Below are positions 11,361 to 22,738 of a DNA stretch of 64,000 bases, in pieces (the stretch's first letter is position 1; every line of letters starts with the position of its first letter). The stretch comes from Phoronis australis (lineage: Eukaryota; Animalia; Phoronida). The notes beneath the pieces are model-generated. The model made no database searches. It had not been told where the DNA came from and worked only from the letters and a program-made list of their open reading frames with translations. Location: assembly GCA_002633005.1 (NCBI GenBank), contig NMRA01000235.1, positions 324,964 through 388,963 on the forward strand, read 5' to 3'. The translations under genes and the position numbers were made by a program.

Positions 11361-13149
11361 CTGTGGATGCGAGATTGGAGCAGATCGCCAGATGTGGAGT
11401 GTTACATAATATAGGTACTCGAAGTGGTCTCTCCTGGTAGAGTTCTCCTAAGGCGGATTAATTTGAATTAACAAATTTGGTAACCCTGACGGTAAAAGGT
11501 CTAAATCAAAAGTTGTTTTTGGCATTGGATGAAGAAGTAAATGAATTTACACGCGGTTGTGCGGTTATAAAGTAGTTCTGGTAAATCGTGTTCTGTGCTA
11601 CACCGTACTATCTCGTACTACACCGTACTATCTCCTATTTGAAGTTCCCAGAGAAAGTATTTTGCTAAACGTGTGAAATGTAAAAGCTGTCAGTTGTTAT
11701 GAACAAGGTTCGAGATACTCTAAAACATTACATATGTTTATAACTAACTGACAGTTTCTTGACTTTGAATGTATGACTGCACTCCACTGTATTCTGTGTT
11801 TTCAGACATGATATCATGTATAGCCGTATTGTGGTATTACATGTCTTTGGTGTGTACCTGCGCCCAGATGTAAGACATTGTTATGATCTACGTATTATAA
11901 AATATCAGTTTCTTACCTCGCTATTATTGTTGGACTTTGATCTTGTGTCAGCCAATCGAAAGTTGTGCAAACTAGGACATTGTTTATGCAGAGAATCGGA
12001 ATTGCTCATGTAATCAAGTAACGTTTTCTAAATGTATCGAACATTGTCAATACGAATACAAGGAAATTTATTGTATTTATGCAATGTTGATTTTTGGACT
12101 TCTTATTTGATTGCAGGGCCATTGTGNGGCTGGTGTGGTCCTATGTGGCAGACGACATGAGAAATTTCGGATCCATTCAAATATTGCTGTGCCAATGGCG
12201 ATTTTTGTTTGTTTTTTCGTTTGCCTCTATATGTTTGGAGTTTTCCTGGTGAGAAGGCCAAGACTGACATTGACTTTCGGTCGAGTCAAACTACTGTGTC
12301 TCTCCTTTTGTTTTTTGCGTTTGCTGTCGATCAAATCTTCTTTGAAGGAGTTTTGTGAAATTTGTAAGACGCATTATTATGGAGCTGACGAACCGATCCA
12401 AATAACATTGAGTTCCCTTGAGACAAAATGTTTTTTGTTTGCCTCTGTGTCTTCGAAGTTCCTTGGTGTATTTTCATGACATTCGACAAATAAGCTTATT
12501 AAGAAGACGACAATGCCTTCCCCATTTTCAGATTCCATTGCCCCCTTGCCTCCCCCCCTAAACCCGCCACTGGATTTGATGTTTTTTGCATCACCTGCAG
12601 ACCTTTTATAAATTCTGCTCATCTATTTTACGTCTACCTTTCTATCTGCCAAACCACTCAAAGATGTTGCATGAAAGTTGACGGTTGTGTTCCTGAACTG
12701 AATACCCGGCAGACGTTGATTTTCGATTGTTTGTTTGATTTGAGGTGATTACTTACACTTGCCTTACACAAACTCACGTGATTAGTCTCGAGACAGACGC
12801 ACGTGGCCGCAAAGACTACATTCAACTGTCCTATGCACTGGTCTCTTGAACCCTGATCATTGGTTTTCGCTGTGGATCCATGCAACAATTAGTTCTGATT
12901 CAAGTTTGCACCCGCATTAACCCTATCCACAGCGTGGCTACAAGGCCCAGCCAAAGGTTTTCTGCACCTGCAGACCTCATAGTGTCTGACAATGGTTTCA
13001 ACAGCTCCCTGCTCTGTTAACTCCAACCGGGCATGGTCCCCAGCGACAGGGCTTATGCTACAAATGGTTTTCCCAGGTTCTGGCTACCTCCGAGTGCCAG
13101 AGCCTCCAGGGCTAACAGTGTCCCGTCATGCAGCAGACGCTATGCTTTG

Positions 13150-13310
13150 CACCGCGGTTTGTCCAAGGGGGCTCGGGGGCCTCGAACGAACCCCCCATTT
13201 CAGTGGCGAATTGGGCAAAAAACTAGACAAAAGTTCCCCGTGAATCTTAGTAAAAGGTGCACATTCTCAAAGATTTGAGCTCCCCATTTTTCAGCCTGAC
13301 TGCATGCATG
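13150..13310 (+). mobile_element. MITE family A, degenerate copy 2
   Basis: GGGGGCCTCGAACGAACCCCCC..TGGCGAATTGGGCAAAAAA..GAGCTCCCCATTTT, similar to 11098-11360. Confidence 0.45.
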
Positions 13311-14197
13311 CCAGGGTAAATGTTGATAAAGAACATAACCTGTCCTAATCGCGTCAAAGGACTTTATACGTTGATGTCACATACGCTGATGCTGTGATCA
13401 GATGACCGGACGTTTATGCGGAGCATTAACTCAAACATAACGTTGATTTGCACATGCGCCAAACTGTCATGCAGTCTTTTAAGTGACTGGCTTTTTTAAA
13501 GTTAATAACATGACCGTAATTAAAGATGTTATTTCCTTGTTTTCATTAGACTTATGAAAAATCTCATTAATCAAAAAACATCCATTAAATCGAAAATGTT
13601 CTAAATTACAGAGCTATGTGTGAATTATGATTAACTTTAACTAATTTTATTCCTTTATGTTTTTCCGAATTCGTCAACGTAATATTAAAGTGCACGAGAT
13701 TTAGTAAAATGATTTTTAATTGAAAATAGCCTTTTTAAATATTGATGCCATTATAAAAAGAATGGCTTGAGATTCAAATTTGTTTGCGTCAAAATTGCTA
13801 GTATGAAAATTTTAAGTAAAATGAGGAAGAAATAGCATCATTAGACATAAAAACGCGCGTTATTTAAAAAAACGCGTTCAGGTGATAAAAACTATTTCTT
13901 TATGAAGCAACGTCACCATGGTGGACTTATCGTTTACCTGTATTATAGTTGTTTGTGATAAAATGCTCAGAACTCTGTTGACGGCCACACTGCTTTGTCG
14001 ACTGAACCTAACTAGCCGTGTGAGCGGTTGTTAGAGCCTGCAATAATGAATTATCAGTTGTTATTCAAGCTAGGAATGATTTCTAAACTGTGACGGGAAC
14101 AATTGGGAAACCAGCTGTATAACGGTCGAGTTGGTTTAAGTGGAACTTGCAGGCTAATTCCTTGTCTCAGTGATTGCTTGTTCCAATTAATTAGAAA

Positions 14198-14463
14198 CAT
14201 GCGCGCACCAGCCTAAAATACAGGGGGCTCGAGTTTTTAGAATGTGGACCTTTTACAAAAAGAAAAAAATAGCAAAAAAAAAACGCGGAACTAAAAGAAA
14301 CGGGGCACGTTAAGGGCAATGGATTGCCCATTCGCCAAACTACTGCCTTTTTAATGGACTTTTGCCTCGTTTTCTCGGACTTGTTGTTTCTCTGAGGGGT
14401 ACCTTTGTGCCCACTTCGCCAAATGGGGTGGGGGTTCCTTCGAGCCTCCTGGGTGCGCGCATG
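14198..14463 (-). mobile_element. MITE family A, copy 3
   Basis: Perfect 12-bp TIRs CATGCGCGCACC / GGTGCGCGCATG; internal similarity to 11098-11360 on the opposite strand. Confidence 0.65.
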
Positions 14464-15231
14464 AGAAGCACAACATATAGCGACGATGTGAATATGAAGT
14501 AAGTTGCCAAATGTTTGTAAAGAGTTTTGGGTCGAAAATGGTCCGCCGTAAATCACTCAACCGTGTCCAGTAAATATCGTGACGCGGTGTTTGCGAAAAA
14601 CACTGCATGATGCGGGTTATGTGAGCCCAAAGGTACGTCATTAGTGCAAAGTTCGCCTATTTGCATAATATTTTGCTTTTACATTTGCAAATTGTCAATG
14701 AATAAAACTGCACTTGTTTACCGTAGACGGTGTTCTAAGTAGCATTGTCGTTTAGTTCCTGTTATACCATTAGGAGCATGCACATGCACCTTTAAATCAA
14801 GTTGTTTTTGGCTGACGGGGCGTTGGTTGTCCGTTTGAAGACACATTTAAAATCTTGCACGGGTGTAATAAACTATATTTATTGTATAAAGTGACTGAGT
14901 TACAAAATATACACAAACAATATTGTATCATTTGTAATATGTTTTATGTCTACAAAAAGCGAGGTAGTAGGCCTACTCAGAAATTTATTCACTGGAAGTC
15001 GCCATGTTTGCTCACAGCTAACCGCTTGGTGGTCGCAATAAACAAAAGAAAGCTGTCGTAACTGAAGCCTTTATGTTTCACACACAGTACCGTACGTGCA
15101 AAAAGCTAACTGAGACACGAACGACCCTCTATGTGTGCCATATGACGAAACCTCTCATTATGACACGTACATGTAATTGCCACACGTGCGCTCATAACGT
15201 AATTACATCTGCTACTCGGAAGTGTATCTCG

Positions 15232-17208
15232 TTATTCCTCCAAGTACTGAAATGTCTTCACCACACCTGTAAAATACTCCATTACAGACACGTGACCCGG
15301 GGCCGGAAGACATAAACCAGTTGGACGTTGGACATCACCAGTTGTCACGATCACGTGTGCACGAGCGTTGCTGTATAAAATAACGCGATTATTGGTGAAG
15401 TCTGCCACCAGAATGTGACCGTGTGGGTCTACACACACGCCGCACGGTCTGTCACTCAGTTGATTGGTAAGCGTGGATACAACGGCCGGCCGTGTGGGAT
15501 CAATCACACGTACACGACCCGGAAACCATTCACTGACCACCAACTGACCACAGTTGTCCATACACACATAGCGTGGTTTGAATTTACCCAGGCCCAGAGT
15601 TCGGCCGTCCAACTGGTGGTGAATATTACAGTCATAATCTGTTATAATCACCCTTTCCCCCAGTGTATCGCACACGAACAGACGGTCGCCGTGGCATGTG
15701 ACAAATCCCTCATCTTTATAGACATCAGGATAAATCTTCATCACACGACCCCGTGCATCATACCTTATAACACCTTTAATGCCACAGTCTGTGATGAAGA
15801 TCTCTCCATCACTATTACATGTCACATCAACCGGCACATGCAGTTTGTGACGAGTTTGTTGTAACTTCAACTTTAGTTTAATGTCTTGTTTACTGAACAC
15901 TCTCACATTTTTGTTCTTTTCATCTGTTACAACAAAGCCCCCATCACAAACTGCCAGCCCCCAACACTTAGAGCCCCTCGCCCCCTCACCCAGGCTGGTA
16001 AAACTACCAACACTATCTGCAGGTTCTTTAACTGTAACTGGAGGAGTGACTGGCTGAACGGGTGATTTGGATGAAAGATGAAGTTGTGGCAGTTTTGTAG
16101 TGGTTTCTTGTAATTCTGCAGTAAAGCCAGTATCAACAAACAAGTCAGTTACTAACAGTTCAGACGGTGTAAAACCGAATACTGGCCTTTCGACGCCTTG
16201 TTGTAACTGACTCACATCTAACGATGACAGTTTGGCCACCATGGCCGAGAACTGTTGAGTTGTTTCTGAAGGATGTGAATTCTCAATGAGTTGCTTGGCG
16301 TATCTCAAGGTACTCATCAGAGACTGTCGACTGTGTTCTGCCGCCTCGTAAGCTGCTTGGCTTTGCTTTTGGGCCAAGTGGAACTGCTCGTTCAGTTTAG
16401 TGATCGCTTCACTTCTCTTAGCTTCCAGGGCGTCATCTACTTTCTTCTTGAAGTCATCATAAATCTTGCAGAGCTCGTCAAGCTTCTGAGCTAACAGTTC
16501 TTGAGTAAGTTCTTCCCGAACATTTTTGCGTGCGTCTGCCACAATCTGTGCATGATCAACTGCGTCTACCCAAGGCTCAATCAAGGTTTGGAGCACCTTT
16601 ATTGCCTGCTTTGCCGCCTCGTCAAGGTTTTTCATTTTGTGTTGATCGTGCTCCAGTTTTGTACACAAAATACACACGGGTACTTGGCACTGTTCACAAT
16701 ACATTTTCAGTAACTCATCAGGATGTTTTGAACAGTACGTTTTCTGACATCGACGCATTGTTTCAAAATGGATGCCAGCTGCGACTTCCTCCAAACTGAC
16801 CACTTTATGGGTTAAAGTGATTCCAGTCTGACAGTGAACGTCCGCACACTTTTTACACAAGTGGTGAGCGCAGTGTATACACATGAAATCTGCCCCCACT
16901 GTGGATCCCTTGCAATGACATACGTAACAGAAGACATTGGTCCTTTTGGGAACACAGTCATTCATGTGATCAAGGAAGTGATTGAAAGGGAAACCAGCTG
17001 CGCCATCCTCAGGAATATTCATAACTCTGTTGCATTTGGGACAGGAGAACTCGCCGTTTTTTCCTCGTTTGTCCATAAACGTCTGAATACACGGCTCACA
17101 AAACGTGTGGATACACGGTAGCATGCGGGGAGTCTTCTGGCGCTCCAAGCAAATGGGACATTCCAGCATGCGCCTCATTTCTTCGGCATCTTTGGAGCTG
17201 ATGGCCAT
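15232..17208 (-). CDS. TRIM-NHL type E3 ubiquitin ligase (RING, B-box1, B-box2, coiled coil, NHL repeats), single coding exon, about 658 aa
   Basis: RING CPICLERQKTPRMLPCIHTFCEPC...CPKC; B-box1 CYVCHC...CIHCAHHLCKKCADVH; B-box2 CSKHPDELLKMYCEQCQVPVCILCTKLEHDQH; a helical region; NHL blades (PVDVTCNSDGEIFITD, PCGVCVDPHGHILVAD). The start is placed at ATG 17208 because a polypyrimidine-CAG acceptor lies at 17229-17250 on the minus strand. AATAAA occurs on the minus strand at about 14878-14883. Confidence 0.92.
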   Translation of the reverse strand: MAISSKDAEEMRRMLECPICLERQKTPRMLPCIHTFCEPCIQTFMDKRGKNGEFSCPKCNRVMNIPEDGAAGFPFNHFLDHMNDCVPKRTNVFCYVCHCKGSTVGADFMCIHCAHHLCKKCADVHCQTGITLTHKVVSLEEVAAGIHFETMRRCQKTYCSKHPDELLKMYCEQCQVPVCILCTKLEHDQHKMKNLDEAAKQAIKVLQTLIEPWVDAVDHAQIVADARKNVREELTQELLAQKLDELCKIYDDFKKKVDDALEAKRSEAITKLNEQFHLAQKQSQAAYEAAEHSRQSLMSTLRYAKQLIENSHPSETTQQFSAMVAKLSSLDVSQLQQGVERPVFGFTPSELLVTDLFVDTGFTAELQETTTKLPQLHLSSKSPVQPVTPPVTVKEPADSVGSFTSLGEGARGSKCWGLAVCDGGFVVTDEKNKNVRVFSKQDIKLKLKLQQTRHKLHVPVDVTCNSDGEIFITDCGIKGVIRYDARGRVMKIYPDVYKDEGFVTCHGDRLFVCDTLGERVIITDYDCNIHHQLDGRTLGLGKFKPRYVCMDNCGQLVVSEWFPGRVRVIDPTRPAVVSTLTNQLSDRPCGVCVDPHGHILVADFTNNRVILYSNARAHVIVTTGDVQRPTGLCLPAPGHVSVMEYFTGVVKTFQYLEE

Positions 17209-20200
17209 AGTGGTGAAATGTAGGATAACTGAAACGAGCGGAAATAAAATTACGTAACAACAGCAACGCGCAGGGTTGAAATTCGCCTGTGATCGCATAA
17301 ACAGTTAGCGCCTAGTGGTGTTTTTCACTATCGTAACAATAACCATAAAAATAAGAAATTGCAAAAAACATGACAGCAGCTGTCTGAACTCTTGTCACCT
17401 GCACGTTATTTTTCTCACTCTAACACAATCCACGTAGGAGTAGCACAGACCGACCAATGGTCTGAATAAAAATCGCTCATCCGACATGTGGCCCTTGTCA
17501 GTAACTTGTCAACAAATAAGCGATACCGGGGAGTTCTGATAAAGCGCTTTTTGTGAACGATTTTGTTCCTGGAACTGTAAAACTGATTGACGTATTTTAA
17601 AGGTTAAAAATACAAAGCCCGGTCCTGTGCCAGCTGAGCTCAGACAATGGAATCTCGCGATTATCGGCAGAGGCAGAACTTCAAGGAACAGCTGGCCACT
17701 GGTACGAACTATAAGTTTGTTGAATCTTGGGGTGCCATGAAATAAATTAGGTCTCATTTGTCAACCAAAATTGCCAATAAAGTTAGGGGCAAAGCTGTAC
17801 ATTTAAAGACCAGAAAAATGAGTTTTGGCTCTAAAAAGTGCGCATAGAAGAAATTGCTTTTTTAATCGCTTTTTGCTCATTAAAAAATTTTCCCTTAGGG
17901 TTCAACAAATTGTCTATCCTGAATACGGGAGATAGTCCAAGGTGTGCAAGTGATCACGGGATATGAAATTATTAAGAGGCACGGATGACTGATTTCTTTG
18001 AACCGCAGGGACTGTCCTTCGCCAACCGTATTGTACAGGTACAATGCACGCTATTCAGAGTGTTTCCATTACAGATTACTCAACCGGTTATTGCCTGTCT
18101 ATAACCCCTATTATTCGCATAAAAATGTATAGTGACTGCATAAACAAAACGCGTTATCATATCGAGACCGATACCAGGGGAAGATTAGTGTCATCTTCGT
18201 CGTTGTCAGTCATCGCGACCGTCTGTACAATGTATCACACGATGTGGAGACGAATCCATTGCTGCGCATCTACATTCCAACCCCAATCCTGTACGACTGG
18301 AGTTTTGTAACCGAGTACCGAATTTGACACGCAGTTTTGGTAGTTTCTAGTCCAAGAAGAGTACAAATTCATGGCCGAGTCGTTTTCGGCCCTTGCAGGA
18401 AGACTCCTGTATGAAACCTGAAGGTGGCTCAGTTATTACTGTTCTGTAGGATTGCACATCGCAACCATTCATTTACGTCGTTGAATCAAACAGACATACG
18501 CACTCAGTGTACTCTCTTGTTTCGTGCTGAGTCTTCTCAATATCAAAGAACAAAAATTCTCGAATTGGCACGTAATGTTAGTGTCAGGAAATCAAAGGAT
18601 TGAGATCCCTATTCATAAACAGCCTGAATCCATTAATAGGCCAGATATCATAATCAAGGATTATTTTAATATTTTAATAAAATCGAAGAATGCGCACTAC
18701 ACGGAAATGATGAACACAGGTGACCTAGTATACCAACTAAATTACGCTTGGAAAGCCCCGAAGTCAAAACAGAACATCTACTGTTTGGTTACCGGGGTAA
18801 GAAAATTTTTGAGCGAATCCAACAGTAAATAGTATAACAGAACTACTGTACGAACCTTGTTAATACTCAAATCTGCTGCCGCGCTGAGATACCCGGCAGT
18901 TGTAGTACGGTGCGGCTCATCGCCTTAAACAACAACACCCTGAGCGTCTTCAACTAGCCAATCACCAAACTGGTTTGTGTCAAGTGATAAATAGTTGTTT
19001 TTCTTTGACGTCACGAGTGTACCCTTTTTATCGCGTTTTTAAAACGCCAAAGGCGGTATCTGATAATGCTACTATCCCTTCCGGTGCCCGTTCTTCGGAG
19101 TGAGCTCAGAAGAGTTACGTGCCGTAATTCACGAGTTTGGGGTAAAATGAACTGAGTGGATTTTGCCTCGCGAGGTGTAGAGGCGAATGTCTCACTTGTT
19201 GGAAACCATTTACCCGCAGCTTAGCTACCTTAACATGCGAGCGAGGTGTCCGTGAGCTGCAAACTCTACTGGCGCTTACGTTTTTTTCCGGCAACGATTT
19301 GAGGTAATGGTAAATGTCGCTAGGGTTCATTACGAGTCAATTGACCCACGCGTCCTCAAATCTATCGGTCACTTTTTAAGATCTATTGCTCATTTGTGTC
19401 TGCTGTTCATGCATTCGCGGGTTTTTTCTTGCAGTTGTTTGTGTTTGCTTATGAATTTGTTCTGGTTCGTGCTTAATACCTCTATACAAATATATGTCCT
19501 GTCACTGGATTCGAGTAGGTATGAATGCAGAGTACTCGAGCCAACGATAAAATGTAAAAAATAATTGCAACCAATCATTTGTTTTAAAGAGTGCGAGTAT
19601 ATTTTGCCCCTAAAAAATTGGATTGTGTACATGTAAGTGTTAATAGCAGCTGCTTATGCGTAGGATTACCACGTACATGTACTAATTCAAGCGGGGGGAA
19701 GGACCGGGTGGAAATTTAAGTAGGTGTAAGGATTCTGATCTCCGGGACTGCTGTTTGGTCACTGACGTATGGAGCATTTTTGTCACATGTGAGAAGGGAG
19801 CTGATCTGAGGATTTGCACCGCGGTATGTGCCTGGCTTTTAGAGGCTTGTGGTTAAAATGTGAGGCGTAGTGCGAACATTGAATGAATGAGCTAGTACCT
19901 AAATCTTCAGCCAACTGTTTCTTAGATTATACTCCGTCAGCGCGACGGTGATACCGTCTTGCCGGCATGAAGACAAAAGGCTGCTCCGCGAAAGTTGATG
20001 CTTTTTAATAAATATCTTTACGGGATTTTAAAATTGTTTACTGGTTTTATATATTGGTTAATTTTTACCGGTCTCGACACGACATTATTTACTGTGTTTT
20101 ATTTACACACTTGGACTACTTTCTAGTTTGCATCACCCTCACTTAAAACACGGTGCCCGTCTTTTCTCCTTTGTCTAACCATGCTTGTTCAAGTTTCTTC

Positions 20201-22738
20201 GTATCTGAACTCACTATTTCCATTCTCAGGTTTTTGGTTGTAGGCTAAGCAAATATTAAAGGTAAACAAAGTTTACACGCCTCTGCGACAAGGAAATAGT
20301 CCGGTTTGAAGTCAGTACTGCAGATTTTCGCGTGTCAGTGAATTCACGTTTAAATATTACGGACTTTTCCTTATTTTTACATGCATTGTGTCAATAACGG
20401 TTTGTTTTAACTGTTAAACAGTGACATAAAAGATCGTTTCTCTCGTCTGTCGTCGTTTGATGTCCTGTGGACCAACACAAGTGGGGAAGTGTGGTTAGTA
20501 AGCGCCACGGAAATAGAAGAAATAGTTAATAGAAAAATCAAACCTATTTCGTAAAAATCAAACCTAATTCGCGAAAAAAATTCGTAAAAGACAAATCGTA
20601 AAAAAGAAATCGTTCCCAAATTGATCCGTTTGATAATAATTATTTTATTCTATACTGTGCGTTTGCTACAGGGTGTATCATAACGTAACAATAAACGTAT
20701 AACAAAGAGTGGAAAGCTGTACTATTGATGAAATACATACATGTATACCGTCTGCAGCTTTGTTCAGTCGGAATGCTTTTATTGAATATACTGAATGTAG
20801 TGTACATGTAGGTCATGAACTAAGCAGTGACCGTAAAACACCTGCTGAAGAAAAATAAGTGTCGCTTGGTTTATTTGATTATAGACGCAGATATCTCGTC
20901 AATAGGGGAACAGGTTGGTGTCATTACTTATTGTTAGATCTATGTACACTTAATAGTTTTATATACCCTTTATCTGATAATGGGGTAATTACGATAAAGA
21001 GCGTCTACCTGTAGTTCAATACCGTACGTGAAATTTCGTGTTGATATCAGATGACATCAGACCTGCAAATTCAACCTATCACTCAATATTAGGTTCTAGA
21101 TTTACCCCAAAATTTGCATGCAAGCCTACATAAATAAATCGGTGGTTAAGAAGCGGTATTATCACTAGCAGGGACAAACTCGTTTCTAGTTTTGATTCAT
21201 TGGTTATCTGTCTGCCAACCGCTCCGAGAAGAGACAGCACAGACGGTGTCCTGACCTGCCTGTGGTTATACAGTTCACGGTGGTGCTCTGCAGGGTGTGA
21301 TCTAACATTCCGGCGGCATCCAGGTTAGACACAAACGGGCGTAAGTACGTAATTCTGATATTACGAACCAAGTGTTCTATGCATTTGAAATGTTGCTTTA
21401 TACTAAAATATTCGTGTCGAATCAATTGCCAAACACGAGTCCTTGTGTATATGCTTGACCTTAAGTTCTAAAGTACCGCGCGATGGTGGCAGTTTCTCAA
21501 CAAAATAAAAACGTCGACAATTTTCGCACTGGTTTCAGAATTGTTAGTTGCTCATAAAAATGGCCGATGTCTCAACGCGACATGTTGAGCATCAACGCGA
21601 CATGTTGAGCATCAACGCGAACGTCGTTCCGTGTCACGGATCTTATTCAAACCACGAAATATGGAACTGGCAATATCCATGACATTTGTCATATCACAGA
21701 CACTATCATTGAGCATGACAGTTAGTAGACGACAAGGCCTTCCAACTCTTGTGTAAAATGGCACTATAAGGCACGTGCCCGCCCCACAAGACTAATTTGT
21801 AGTGTGTATAATGCACTCACCCGTACAACGAAATATACATGTGTATTAAGTGAACTAAAGGTAAACAACGTGAACAAGGTTGACATCTAACAACCACGCA
21901 TTTCAAATCTGGTTTGCATGTCACGTACAGCTCAACGATGAAACCACACTCTCGTTTCTTATTTGAGGTTTTGCACTTCAAGACTAGATCGCCGTGTAGA
22001 CTGTGGTGTTCATGTACAGTTGGAAACAAATTGAATATTCTACAATATATACTGAGTTTGGATGGCAAACGTCATGCAATCGATAATACTCAGTATATAC
22101 TACTGATGAACCACTTGGAGTACGCCTTGGCCATTTAACTATGCTGCGGCACTCCTCTATAACTGTCAATGTACTTAAAACGACAATAAACACGTGTTCC
22201 GTCGACAAAACTAAGTTTCTATTTTGACCGCTTGTTTCAGTAAAATGTGCCTCATCTTATTCCTTACTCTAATGACAAGTGATTTTGTTTTTGCAAAGAA
22301 CTGAAAATTCATTATTTTTAGAGTCCATGCTCGGCAATTGAATTAGCTCGCCGTGATATGTCAAGTTGAAGGACCTGGCTCTCAAAGAAATTGCCGGTTA
22401 GTTCATTCCAAGCCTAAAATTCACATGTATTTGGCTAAAGAACAATTTTAAAACAATTTCACAACGGTAACTGATTTCAATCAAAAATTGTTTCGTGGCG
22501 GACATATAGCTTCGTTAACGTTGTTCTAGATCTGCATTCCGTGAATTCTGACTCTTGAATTGCACCATCTTCTGTTAATGTTTTTCTAAGAAAGGCCGCC
22601 TTTTTAACAAATTTCTTTACGAAAGGTGCTTTGTGCGACTTAATCCTGTGCAAAAGGATGTTCTCACTCTGGGGGTTACACACTCACAACTGCTCAAGTC
22701 TACGGAGACAATGTAGTCAGCGTGTTTCACTTTCAGGT

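Noticed and set aside
17209-17298. N-terminal extension MRSQANF... of the TRIM ORF
   Set aside because: It overlaps a clear polypyrimidine-CAG acceptor, so it is probably intron plus 5' UTR.
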